Source: Octopus sinensis
Taxonomy: Eukaryota
Assembly (NCBI RefSeq): GCF_006345805.1
Contig: NC_043012.1
Coordinates: 32,364,001-32,428,000, forward strand
Direction of reading: 5' to 3'
Length of the DNA stretch: 64,000 bases
The position numbers were made by a program, and so were the translations under genes. The notes under the pieces were generated by a model. It searched no databases. It saw only the letters and a list, made by a program, of their open reading frames with translations, and was not told the DNA's origin. Below, piece by piece: positions 50,301-58,670 of this stretch; positions within the stretch are counted from its first letter, which is position 1; the number at the start of each line of letters is the position of its first letter.

Positions 50301-53300
50301 CCTCCTGGTTCTGTGACACAAATTTATTGTTTTAAAGTGATCTAAATTACAATCTTCCATTAAAACTGTACGTCTGTTTTTTCAGACCAGCTTAATAATG
50401 ACAAAGATATTTTACTAAAAGGGTTAGAGTAAAAGCTACAGCCGAGAAATGACTATTGTTTATGAACTTCATAGCTTCAGAATTAAAACACAAGAAAGAA
50501 AATCACACACACACACACACACACACAAATACATACATGTTTTTTCTTTATGTTGATTTGTAATAAAAACAATTTAACATTCAGCTGAAGAATTACTTAA
50601 CCCTTTTGTTACCAACCCGGTTGAAACTGGCTCTGGCTCTGAATACAAGTCACAACTTATGTTCCTAACACTAGCTGAATGATAATTAAGTTATTTTAGT
50701 AAATTCTTTGTTGTATTTAAAGTAATTGAAAGAAACACAGAGCATCTCAAAATAAATACAGTAAGGAAAGGGTTAATACTTTTTGTGATTTTACATGAAG
50801 ATTAGTGACAGTGACTCGGAAGTTTCCGTTTGCTAGCTTTTGCCAGACTATCAAATGAAGGCATGCAGGCCAAAATTTCCAAGTCACTATTACCACTTTC
50901 TTGTAAAAGTATAAAACAACAACAGCAACAAACACACACATACATACACACAGAATCATTATCATCATTTAATGTCCATTTTCCATGCTGGCATGGGTTG
51001 GATAGTTTGACAGGAGCTAGCAAGCCAGAGGACTGCACCAGGCCTTGACTGTCTGATTTGGCATGGGTTTCACAGCTGGATGCCCTTCCAAATACCAACC
51101 ACTCTATAGCGTGGACTGGATGCACCAGCACTGGCAGGGCCACCAAATAACTTGCAAGACGAAGACCTTTTGAAAGGGTGGGTATTGGAGGAGGTGGCCT
51201 TGTACCAAAAGGACAGAAACAGGTGTCTTGCAGTAGAGGAAATACATGGTTACCCTAGTCCAAGTGGGGTAGAGAGACAGAATGAAAAAGAGCGGGTGTG
51301 GAAGAGAGTGAAAGTGTGAGAGCACAAGAGATAGCAAGGGTGAAAGAAAGAGAGAGAGAGAAAGATGATGGCAACGTGACAGAGCATAATCGTAAGGTAA
51401 GCAGGATGCGAATACAAATGGGATGGTAGAGTATTGCCAAGGGTGTATGGGGTCCACATAAACGCAAAGGTGTGTGTGGGGGGTTGCGGTGACTGGTGAA
51501 ACCTGGGTGTATACAAGAGATGGGGGAACCAGATAGCAATGGTACAGTAAGCAGGTCAGTGAGGACAGGATTGGGCTGCAGGAGTGGGGCAGGGAGAGAT
51601 AAGCATAATGCCTGAAAAAGCGGAAATGTGATGAAGAGAAGAGGGGATGTAGTTTAGTCTATTGGGGTAGGATGAAGAAATTCTATATATATATATATGA
51701 TGCATTTAATTTCCAGTTTTTAAAACTTTATTTTGATACTTTGTATGTGAAAATGTTTTCGAACTACATTAACTCTGAGTCAGAGATGTTGATTTTGTAT
51801 TCCAGTGTCACATAATAACTGAAGATAATGATTAATTCAGTAAGAAAATGGGAATTTTGAACACTGGCTCATGATCTAAATTTGGAAGAAGTAGAGTCAA
51901 CGTAATCAAAACTGGTCTCTTTTATCTTATCATTTAATGTCCGCTTTCCATGCTAGCATGGGTCTTTTATCTTATTATTTACTTGTTTCTGTCATTGGGC
52001 TGTGGCCATGCTGGGGCACTGCCTTGAAGGGTTTAGTCAAACAAATTTACCCCAGTACTTATTTTTAATTTTAAGCCTGATACTTATTCTATTGGTCTCT
52101 TTTGCTGAACTGCTAAGTTATAGGAACATAAACAAACCGACACTATTTGTCAAGTGATGATGGAGGACAAATACATATACACATATATTCACATATGTAT
52201 GTGTGTGTGTGTATATATACATATGTTTGTGTGTATATATGTGTGTGTGTATATATATCATCATCATCGTTTAACGTCCGTTTTCCATGCTAACATGGGT
52301 TGGCTGGTTTGACCGGGGTCTGGGAAGCCAGGAGGCTGCACCAGACTCCAGCCTGATCTGGCAATGTTTCTACAGCTGAATGCCCTTCCTAACACAGACC
52401 ACTCTCTGAGTGTAGTGGGTGCTTTTTATGTGTCACCGGCACAGTTGCCGGGGGGGGGGGGGGGCTGGCAACGGCCACGATCGGTTGATGCTTTTTACGT
52501 ACCACCGGCACGGAAGCCAGTCAACCATATACAGATGGTGCTTTTTACGTGCCACTGGCACAGGTGCCAGGAGGCTGGCAACAGCCTATATATATATATA
52601 AAATAATAATAATAATAATAATACTACAGAGATGGAATTTATAAATATTACAATGTATCACTATGTGCGTTTGCACAAGTCACATGTTTCTTAAGATCAT
52701 AGTCCATATTCCTGGGATGATTACAGTTGAGTCCATAGTATCCCTGGACATCAGGCAGATCATGTGCATGCCTTCATTTCTTTAGGTGATATGGCATTAG
52801 CGAATGTTTAACAACAGGTTGTTTATCAATTTTGACCAAGGAAAAGATTGATCAGAGTATGAGGCGATGGAAGGAGAGGAAGGAATGGGGGCACGTGAGG
52901 TGATGTTGGACTTATTCTGATATCTGCGTATGCAGATGTCAAGTTGTCCTGACTGCCTTGCTGATTCTGTTATTATTCATTCAGAAAACAAACACAAGAA
53001 AATGTTGAAATAATAAAAAGAAAAATAATGTAAAGATTAGTTATTGTTGCATTAATTATTATATTAATTATAATGCTACATGAATAAATAAATGTCTGAG
53101 AAGCATTGTTAATAAGCTTGTAAGTTTTCAGGATATTACACTCTCATTGTTGGAGATGAAACATTTTTTAAAATATATATATTAGCAACAAAGGCAGTAT
53201 CAATACCTATTTCTCTACTACTCACAAGGGGCTAAACACAAAGGGGACAAACAAGGACAGACACATGGATTAAGTCGATTATATTGACCCCAGTGCGCAA

Positions 53301-56089
53301 CTGGTACTTATTTAATCAACCCCAAAAGGATGAAAAGCAAAATCGACCCCGGCGGAATTTGAACTCAGAACATAACGGCAGACGATATACGCATTTCGCC
53401 CGTCGTGCTAAAGTTTCTGCCAGTTAGCCGCCACTTGGTATCAATACCAAGAGTTAATATTTATCCCTACTTAAACATGGATGTTCTGTTGGAACAAACT
53501 ACACTGCAATAGATATCATGAGGGGAAATTCACATATTGGCACTTGGTGCAAAATGCACTCTAGCAATATAAACAAGAATGCATTTTACATGAAAAGCTA
53601 ATATGAGAGTTTTTCTCATGGTACTTACTACAGTACTGTTTGTTCTAACAGAACAGCCATGTTTACCATTTTTTAAAAATATTTACATCCCTCTCCCCCA
53701 CTATGTCTCAACAACAACAAAAACACATATATGGACACTTGATATATGTAAAATATTGGGTTTAGACAGGTAGCTAAATTGCTTCCACTCTCTCAGTTGA
53801 GACCCCCTTCAGTCATGACTGACCGTGGGATTGCACCTAGAAAGTTACCCTCCCAGGCACAAGTCCGGGCAAGGTTGTTTATGGAAGACCAGCAGTCGCC
53901 CATGCATACCAGCCTCTCCTCTCCACGCCACCAGTGTTATCCAAGGGAAAGGCAACAGCAGATACAGCTTGGCACCAGTGACGTCGCAACTCATTTCTAC
54001 AGCTGAGTGAACTGGAGCAACGTGAAATAAAGTGTCTTGCTCAAGAACACAACACACAGCCCGGTCTGGGATTTGAACTCACAACCTCACTCACGATCGT
54101 AAGCTCGACACTCTAACCACTGAGCCATGCGCCTTCACACTCTGTCAGTATCAATTAATTTAACTGGTCACATTATTTGAGTGAAAGTGCATGTCATAAA
54201 CGAATATTCTGTACATTTAGAGGATTACAATTTAGTTGATATTTAAAAAAAAAAATTAAAAAGAACAATGAAAGTAACTTACCTGAATCCAGTATGATCA
54301 ATCTTAACCACGTTTAACACAGCAATACTAAATAACAGGCTGGAGAACAGAGCAAACAATGCAGACACAGCTGAAATAAATGAAAAACATAAGAAACATG
54401 AAGGATTGAACACTGAAATAAAAGTGAAAAACTGAATTTTTCCCAAATAAATATTCTATTTATCTGCAAATTCTTTAGAATTCTAAATAATAATACAGTA
54501 GTGGAAATTATCTTTATTATTAAATGGTACTGTAAATTTGGAAATATGTATCTAAAAATTTCCCCGATATTGGAAATCAGGAAAATAAACTGTGGTGAAT
54601 TTCTTATCTTAATCATTCAAACTGATAAACTCAAGTCAGTAAACTTAAGAGCCATTGAGATAAATCTAAAAAAAATATCTATCTCTCTTACAACTAGAGT
54701 TATTTTACAACTCTGACTCAGTAAAAACCAACAACCTACATATACTCTAACCCCCTTTAATGCACCACTTCCTCTTGTCATCCTGTGTTTAACACTCCTA
54801 AAACTCTGTACTAAACTTTCTTTTATTTCTTTCCAGAATGTTTGGAACTCCCTGTTCGTATTTTTCAGACATGCATCAACCTATGTAGGCTCACTTTGAA
54901 TATGACCAGCACGGGCCTCACCAATCTGGGTTAGCTGTCCTATTTGTGACCATCGCTTCAGACAAAATAAGATAGAGAAAAAAAGTTTTTTGATTTTTTA
55001 CTGTTGCAGGTAACATGTTTTACAAAAGAGAGTCAGAGTTACTCTTTGACACTGAAGAAAGCAGCAAAATCTCAGACTGAATAATGCTGGAATTTCTTTC
55101 TTTTTCTTTTTTGGCATCAACTATAGTGTTTAGAGTTAACCCTTCTTTCCTAACTATAACATTTTGTTGTGCTAATCTATTATTAATAATAATTTCTATT
55201 AAGCAAACTTTTATTGGAAGAGAATATAGTCCATTGCAATCATCCTGGTATATTACTGGTAGTTTTACATATTCTTAGGCAATAAAAGACAAAGTTAACA
55301 TTGCTCATTCTGCTGTTAATTGTAGCTAGAAAATATCACCATCATCGTCATCATCATACCAAATCCTAGGAGTGTAGAAGTAATATTAATTAGTGAATAA
55401 AGCACTAGATTACTAATATCATCAGCCATAATTTATAAAATGCTACTAGCATTTAGTTGAGTTTCAGGGTGGGGTGGCAGAGACCCACTGTTTGCAGCAT
55501 AAGATGTTATCACTTTTCTGGTTTTATATAATTCTAGGATTAATCCATAACATAAAATTCTGAAGCCACATTTCCATCTCTCCTCCAATACACACAAGAA
55601 AAATAAAACTTGAATAATGTTAAAAGTTTTTAACAGGAGACCAACTATTCTAAATACAGACCTTTTGTTATATATTTGACTGTCTTTAGATGCAGAACTT
55701 ACCTCCACCTCAGCAATAAAAAAGTATTAGAGTGTGAACTGCCCACAAAACCACACCATTCACTCGTTCATTTTCTAGCTGCCATAAACATTTCTATTTC
55801 TTTACAAATGTGGACAACTGTTGAGGTTGGTTTCAGGTTATAAATCTAATTTTATGGCAACAAGACCCAAAAAATGTATGTGGTTCTTTTACTCTTTTAT
55901 TTGCTTCAGCCATTTGACTGCAGCCATGCTGGAGCACCACCTTTAGTTGACCAAATCGACCCCAGGACTTATTCTTTGTAAGCCTAGTACTTATTCTATC
56001 GGTCTCTCTTGCCAAACTGCAAAGTGACGGTGACATAAATACACCAGCATCGGTTGTCAAGCAATGTTGGGGGACAAACACAGATAAAA

Positions 56090-56124
<35 letters not shown>

Positions 56125-56797
56125 AACATATATACGACAGGCTTCTTTCAGTTTCCGTCTGCCAAATCCACCCACAAGGCTTTGGTCAGCCTGGGGCTAT
56201 AGTAGCAAACACTTGCCCAAGGTGCCACACAGTGGGACTGAACCTGGAACCATGTGGTTGGTAAGCAAGCTACTTACCACACAGCCACTCCCGCGCACTG
56301 AAAGTACATGAGTAAGAAAGAGGGGGAAGTAGACTGAAAATAGAAGAAAAGTGGTGGTAGTAGTAAGAGGAGTACTCACTCAGTAAATAATGGGATCCAA
56401 TTTTCTTCAGATCCCGAAATTTCAAATAGAGAGACATAACAGCAACATCTCTTGCTATTTTGATGCCAATTGTACTGAAGGATTGCATTTTCTAGAAAGT
56501 AAACAAAAAATTTATTTCAATACAATAATTAGAAGGTGAAAGGAAATAAAGGCCAAGAAAACAGTATTGTGATGTAATGGGAAAGTGTTTACTCACATCA
56601 ATGTTAGAACATGCATAGTTCCAGCCACAGATTTTTACTTCACTTGAGTACATGGTCATTGACATGAAACACAGAGTCACTGTTAATGTCCCGATGATCA
56701 CTTCCCATGGATGTAAGGCACAGAATTTGCCATAAGTCCAGAACATCGATTTTAACATCACACTAGCTACGTTTAGACTTCTTGTGAGTGCTACCAT
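13724..56797 (-). CDS. HMGCR: 3-hydroxy-3-methylglutaryl-CoA reductase, class I, ER membrane-bound; 21 coding exons; 2481 nt = 826 aa + stop (813 aa from second Met at 56758)
   Basis: Manually spliced exons all have AG acceptors, GT donors and consistent phases. Diagnostic motifs: [33 protein letters not shown] (catalytic Glu), [24 protein letters not shown] (catalytic Lys), GQD (catalytic Asp), GTVGGG, GELSLM, LVKSHM (catalytic His). Confidence 0.97.
13860..14240 (-). mobile_element. Penelope-type terminal-repeat remnants (two partial tandem copies) with decayed hammerhead cores
   Basis: Duplicated ttatttacatttgacagatatttgtc..catct..gttgttaacac segment. The minus strand reads CAGAAGA-AGGGTG-gagggtatat-CAGTT-GAAACGTGTTAAC at about 14045-14090. 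Confidence 0.55.
14850..15210 (+). mobile_element. tRNA-derived CORE-type SINE (octopus OR2-like)
   Basis: A box TGGCTGTGTGG, B box GGTTCAGTCCC, CORE-like GTGGCACCTTGGGCAAGTGTCTTCT. Further copies at 16510-16920, 19130-19284, 20015-20190, 49445-49745, 55885-56297, 62290-62490. Confidence 0.8.
15221..15372 (-). CDS. HMGCR: HMGCR coding exon 20 ([51 protein letters not shown]), 152 nt
   Basis: GELSLM...LVKSHM catalytic His; cacAG acceptor, AG|GTAAGA donor. Confidence 0.97.
16510..16920 (+). mobile_element. CORE-type SINE, full length, with internal (TA)/(TG) microsatellite
   Basis: Colinear with 14850-15210. Confidence 0.85.
18325..18556 (+). mobile_element. CR1-clade LINE 3' end (same family as 22085-22450)
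   Basis: Near-identical ctgaagcatggaaca...gttgtggtgcacctgagcactgtatacaataatttcattat sequence. Confidence 0.8.
18619..18777 (-). CDS. HMGCR: HMGCR coding exon 19 ([53 protein letters not shown]), 159 nt
   Basis: Catalytic Asp (GQ|D) and GTVGGG; ctcAG acceptor, GTAAGT donor. Confidence 0.98.
20392..20596 (-). CDS. HMGCR: HMGCR coding exon 18 ([68 protein letters not shown]), 205 nt
   Basis: [17 protein letters not shown] and NAH.ANIV motifs; tacAG acceptor, GTAAGT donor. Confidence 0.98.
21758..21864 (-). CDS. HMGCR: HMGCR coding exon 17 ([36 protein letters not shown]), 107 nt
   Basis: cis-loop SGNYCTDKK; tttcAG acceptor, GTAAGT donor inside the Trp codon. Confidence 0.97.
22085..22450 (+). 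mobile_element. CR1-clade LINE 3' end with (ATT)n tail
   Basis: [46 protein letters not shown] is the CR1 ORF2 terminus. Confidence 0.85.
22485..22590 (-). CDS. HMGCR: HMGCR coding exon 16 ([35 protein letters not shown]), 106 nt
   Basis: [12 protein letters not shown](H)-binding motif; tttcAG acceptor, GTGATA donor. Confidence 0.98.
22660..22950. repeat. Degenerate ~40-bp minisatellite filling most of HMGCR intron 15
   Basis: About 8 units of (ctc)agctgtt....aatgtga; two units (tagctgttccattagatgtgaaacatgtagctgtga) are nearly identical. Confidence 0.75.
22965..23036 (-). CDS. HMGCR: HMGCR coding exon 15 ([24 protein letters not shown]), 72 nt
   Basis: ctgcAG acceptor after a poly-T tract, GTGAGG donor; aligns with VKAWLE...F..IKEAFDSTSR. 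Confidence 0.94.
24813..25038 (-). mobile_element. Mariner-derived non-autonomous element
   Basis: TIR ACGAGGTGGTGCTGAAAAGTTCCTGGCTT with a degenerate partner near 25004-25038; minus strand encodes the transposase C-terminus [22 protein letters not shown]. Confidence 0.8.
25408..25737 (-). mobile_element. Non-autonomous Helitron-like element
   Basis: Minus strand: A|TCTCTATGTATATAAACGG...CTAGCAC-tatgacccggc-GTGCTAG|T (5' TC, 3' hairpin + CTAG, A|T target). Confidence 0.72.
25746..25831 (-). CDS. HMGCR: HMGCR coding exon 14 ([29 protein letters not shown]), 86 nt
   Basis: [10 protein letters not shown] motif; atcAG acceptor, GTAAGT donor. Confidence 0.97.
25905..26093. mobile_element. piggyBac-type MITE (family 1) in TTAA
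   Basis: TTAA at 25901-25904 and 26094-26097; internal sequence matches 7412-7633. Confidence 0.78.
26623..26781 (-). CDS. HMGCR: HMGCR coding exon 13 ([53 protein letters not shown]), 159 nt
   Basis: ENVIG dimerisation motif and ATTEGCL catalytic Glu; tgtAG acceptor, GTAAAT donor. Confidence 0.98.
26938..27016 (-). CDS. HMGCR: HMGCR coding exon 12 ([26 protein letters not shown]), 79 nt
   Basis: ttttcAG acceptor, GTGAGT donor; LP.++Y+Y motif. Confidence 0.94.
27100..27490 (+). mobile_element. RTE-clade LINE 3' fragment
   Basis: [13 protein letters not shown]...[28 protein letters not shown]...RPRKTYNEV...DRDIWH. Confidence 0.8.
27810..28620 (-). mobile_element. RTE-clade LINE RT C-terminal fragment
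   Basis: [14 protein letters not shown]...[17 protein letters not shown]...[16 protein letters not shown]...[22 protein letters not shown]. Confidence 0.88.
29217..29435. mobile_element. piggyBac-type MITE (family 2) in TTAA
   Basis: TTAA|CCCTTTTGTTACC...GGTAATGAAAGGG|TTAA. Confidence 0.8.
30657..30772 (-). CDS. HMGCR: HMGCR coding exon 11 ([39 protein letters not shown]), 116 nt
   Basis: ttacAG acceptor, GTAATG donor; aligns with [23 protein letters not shown]...ERGVSIR. Confidence 0.95.
31436..31560 (-). CDS. HMGCR: HMGCR coding exon 10, linker ([42 protein letters not shown]), 125 nt
   Basis: gacAG acceptor, GTAAGT donor; restores phase 1 to 0 between exons 9 and 11. [14 protein letters not shown] resembles the EC-L-IL motif that precedes the catalytic domain. 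Confidence 0.8.
31852..31961 (-). CDS. HMGCR: HMGCR coding exon 9 ([36 protein letters not shown]), 110 nt
   Basis: ctgcAG acceptor, GTGATT donor; TM8 with the KYIFF motif. Confidence 0.92.
33071..33225 (-). CDS. HMGCR: HMGCR coding exon 8 ([52 protein letters not shown]), 155 nt
   Basis: ttacAG acceptor, GTTTGT donor; GLV.VH..SRW and WQFYL motifs. Confidence 0.94.
33852..34234 (-). mobile_element. Head-to-tail partial dimer of the Deu/Nin-like SINE with one 16-bp TSD and (TAAA)n tail
   Basis: TSD GCTGTCAATATTTATT at 33836-33851 and 34235-34250; B-box/Deu segment present twice. Confidence 0.8.
34388..34504 (-). CDS. HMGCR: HMGCR coding exon 7 ([39 protein letters not shown]), 117 nt
   Basis: tgtAG acceptor, GTAAGA donor; KSNPV equals human KPNPV (K248 region). 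Confidence 0.94.
34833..34939 (-). CDS. HMGCR: HMGCR coding exon 6 ([35 protein letters not shown]), 107 nt
   Basis: tttcAG acceptor, GTAAGT donor; SVLANY...MTF.PAC motif. Confidence 0.96.
36738..36843 (-). CDS. HMGCR: HMGCR coding exon 5 ([36 protein letters not shown]), 106 nt
   Basis: tttcAG acceptor, GTAAGT donor; aligns with [24 protein letters not shown]. Confidence 0.96.
37150..37725 (+). mobile_element. Degenerate reverse-transcriptase fragment of a second, divergent Penelope-like element
   Basis: Frameshifted [39 protein letters not shown]...[12 protein letters not shown]...[15 protein letters not shown]...[14 protein letters not shown] at 37496-37507; interrupted at its 3' end by a SINE. 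Confidence 0.7.
37730..38085 (+). mobile_element. Same-head SINE, tail type 3
   Basis: cccagtggttagggcagcggactcgcgg head; tail cttcctacgcaaccgct...gaagaccgct also occurs alone at about 4720-4890. Confidence 0.78.
38232..38420. repeat. Four-unit ~42-bp minisatellite with (CT)n spacers
   Basis: caatgtaactgc at about 38257, 38296, 38338 and 38386. Confidence 0.85.
38808..39123 (-). mobile_element. Same-head SINE, tail type 2
   Basis: Head and body match 3970-4354; 3' part differs (...gcctgctcacttagccagc...ggtcacggtcatc). Confidence 0.8.
39143..42419 (-). repeat. Inverted copy (left arm, 3277 bp) of the Penelope 3' portion 43250-46533 (3284 bp)
   Basis: Reverse complement matches throughout (the identical 90-aa ORFs at 40880-41152 minus and 44522-44794 plus show this). 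Differences are scattered 1-bp indels and a few transitions. Spacer 42420-43249. Confidence 0.97.
39332..39455 (-). ncRNA. Second hammerhead copy in the inverted arm, sense to the HMGCR pre-mRNA
   Basis: Reverse complement of 46222-46345 with the core intact (CTGAAGA 39445-39439, GAAA 39354-39351, GTC 39345-39343); two 1-nt indels in the helix II extension. Confidence 0.82.
42418..46533 (+). mobile_element. Penelope-like retroelement, 5'-truncated at the RT catalytic motif; RT C-terminus + linker + GIY-YIG endonuclease + long 3' region
   Basis: Starts YRDDALF (42418), then NYLDVN...[24 protein letters not shown]...[26 protein letters not shown]...[12 protein letters not shown], and VVY...[18 protein letters not shown]...[12 protein letters not shown]...CSLCINE (43739-44134). 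Two 1-bp frameshifts near 42722 and 43745. Confidence 0.93.
46222..46345 (+). ncRNA. Type-I hammerhead ribozyme (Penelope-associated) with extended helix II
   Basis: CTGAAGA (46232-46238), GGC/GCC helix II closing, GAAA (46323-46326), palindromic helix III ACAGCTGT, GUC cleavage triplet (46332-46334). Confidence 0.85.
46706..46770. repeat. (TA)n microsatellite at the right boundary of the Penelope insertion
   Basis: Uninterrupted TA run; a matching (TA)n run at 39125-39145 marks the left boundary. Confidence 0.95.
46771..47349 (+). repeat. Tandem duplication unit 1 (RLE-LINE 3' end + RTE fragment), bounded by (TA)n
   Basis: [26 protein letters not shown] is a typical RLE-LINE C-terminus; minus-strand MLHGSETW is an RTE motif; near-identical to 47400-47980. 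Confidence 0.9.
47400..47980 (+). repeat. Tandem duplication unit 2
   Basis: Identical 84-aa ORFs at 47020-47274 and 47651-47905 (offset 631 bp); differs from unit 1 by single-base indels. Confidence 0.9.
48325..48409 (-). CDS. HMGCR: HMGCR coding exon 4 ([28 protein letters not shown]), 85 nt
   Basis: ttacAG acceptor, GTAAGC donor; aligns with [25 protein letters not shown]. Confidence 0.96.
49980..50772. mobile_element. Cluster of three piggyBac-type MITEs (49980-50144, 50274-50423, 50601-50772)
   Basis: Each begins TTAA|CCCTTTT and ends AAGGG|TTAA (middle copy TTAG). Confidence 0.78.
53795..54138 (-). mobile_element. tRNA-derived SINE, separate family
   Basis: Minus-strand GTGAAGGCGCATGGCTCAGTGG A box, GAGTTCAAATCC B box, CTTGAGCAAGACACTT central motif. 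Confidence 0.75.
54283..54370 (-). CDS. HMGCR: HMGCR coding exon 3 ([30 protein letters not shown]), 88 nt
   Basis: tttcAG acceptor, GTAAGT donor, phase 1 to 2; aligns with GIAGLFTIFSSFVFS. Confidence 0.93.
55885..56297 (-). mobile_element. CORE-type SINE, full length
   Basis: Reverse complement of the 16510-16920 family. Confidence 0.85.
56380..56491 (-). CDS. HMGCR: HMGCR coding exon 2 ([37 protein letters not shown]), 112 nt
   Basis: ttctAG acceptor, GTGAGT donor; aligns to the TM2/sterol-sensing region (human [24 protein letters not shown]). Confidence 0.92.
56597..56797 (-). CDS. HMGCR: HMGCR coding exon 1 ([67 protein letters not shown])
   Basis: Matches the vertebrate N-terminus MLSRLF...HPWEVIV...KICGWNY. 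Donor GTGAGT at 56596. An acceptor (pyrimidine tract + AG at 56810-56809) lies 11 nt upstream of the first ATG, implying an upstream non-coding exon. Confidence 0.95.
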
Positions 56798-56898
56798 TTT
56801 TCAAATTTCTAAAAATACAAAAGAGAAAAAAAAATGAATTTGTGCATATTTATTAAATTAAACATTACAGGATCATTTGATAATAATTAAAAGGCAGT

Positions 56899-57292
56899 GG
56901 ATCTTTTCAGTTTGAACGGCAGTTTTTTCTAGCAGTGTCATATGAAATTGTCACCCATAATTATGACCCTAGTATCGATCTATTGCATTTCAATCTGTTT
57001 TAGGGTTAGGGGGAAGAGTATCTTTTTTTCTTCAGAAATGTAAATAAACCCAATCTGTTTCATATTCATACGGCACAGAATGTTTTCACCTCAATAGACA
57101 TCATTGATTGGTTGAAATTGCAGAAATTGAAGAAAAAAAAAACAACAAATATCTTACAAACTATAGAATTTTCTCAATAAAGCCAAGAGAAAAAGATGTT
57201 TTATAAACACATTCTACCAGTATACGAAGTTTAAAAGTGTTTAGTCACGTGGAAATTATTTTAAAAGACTGCCGTTCAAACCGAAAAGATCC
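56899..57292 (-). mobile_element. MITE copy 1, ~29-bp TIR GGATCTTTTCGGTTTGAACGGCAGTTTTT, 8-bp TSD AAGGCAGT
   Basis: TIRs at both ends; TSD at 56891-56898 and 57293-57300; opposite orientation to copies 2-5. Confidence 0.92.
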
Positions 57293-58254
57293 AAGGCAGT
57301 TCTTATCAAAAAGAGAAATCAATGATATGAGTATGAATATGACTGTTATTGATTTAAACAAACGACATACTGCTCATTTCAAATTCCCTATTATTGCAAA
57401 CAGGAAAATGATAGTACCCTAGTGAATTACTGGTACACTAAATTTCCTACTAAATTCACCATCAATTAAGATGTTAGTTTCAGTACTCACACACTTCAGC
57501 AGATTTTGCACATAAAAGTCAACCCATGCCAGCATGGAAAACGGACATTAAAGGATGATGATGAAGAAGTCAGAAGAAATATGATAAATTTTAAATGTCA
57601 CGGGTATCTTTAGTGTTACTAACTAGAGACTGTCTTCATGTTGTGGAACTTGGTGCTTCAATGAGTATTTAGTTATCTGATCAACTGAATTACTATCTGA
57701 CAAGCTTCGACATAGTTCTTCACTTACTCAGTTTCAATCCCAGGACTTGGAGTGACCTGAGACTATGGTAAAAGACATCCAAGATATCACTCAGTGGGAT
57801 CAAACGGAAGATTTTAGTTCTGTGAAGCGAACTGCTGAACCATTTGGTCACGTAGAGGTTGGCAAAATCAGTCTGGCCCATCTCTCTTCATTAAAATTCA
57901 TGACTACAAACTAATGAATCATTTGTTTACAGTACTGCTACACCCACAACACTCAGGGAGTGGTTGGCGTTAGGAAGGGCATCCAGCTGTAGAAACACTG
58001 CCAGATCAGACTGGGCTTGGTGCAGCCTCCTGGCTTCCCAGACCCTGGTCGAACCGTCCAACCCATGCTAGCATGGAAAACGGACATTAAACAATGATGA
58101 TGATGATTGAAGATGTCAAAGTCAGTAGCTTCACTGTATCTAAGATTGCATCTGACAAGACCTTCATTAATTATCTATACTAGACCCTTTATTAATTATC
58201 TGGACTACAATGTTAGTTGTCCGGTACCACATCCACATGATATCTGCACTCAAA

Positions 58255-58670
58255 AGATCTTTTCGGTTTGACCGACAGTTTTTTTTAATAATTTCCACGT
58301 AACTAAACACTTTTAAACTTTGTATACTGGTAGAATGTGTTTGTAAAACATCTTTTTCTCTTGGCTTTATTGAGAAAATTCTATAGTTTGTAAGATATTT
58401 GTTGATTTTTTTCTTCAATTTCTGCAATTTCAACAAATCAATGATGTCTATTGAGGTAAAAAAAAAAACATTCTGTGCCGTATGAATATGTCCCTCGTTT
58501 AAGAAACAGATTGGGTTTATTTACATTTCTGAAGAAAAAAAGATACCCTTCCCCCCACCCCTAACCCTAAAACAGATTGAAATGCAATAGATTGATACTA
58601 GGGTATTAATTATGGGTGACGATTTCATATGACACCGCTAGAAAAACTGCTGTTTAAACCGAAAAGATCC
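58255..58670 (+). mobile_element. MITE copy 2, TSD CACTCAAA
   Basis: TSD at 58247-58254 and 58671-58678. Confidence 0.92.

Noticed and set aside
55030-55275. Minus-strand Met-less open frame containing YQDD ([17 protein letters not shown]...)
   Set aside because: No other RT motifs, no donor compatible with the HMGCR frame, and AT-rich composition makes a chance ORF plausible.
58555-58570. CCCTAACCCTAA telomere-like motif
   Set aside because: Only about two units, and an internal part of every copy of the MITE.
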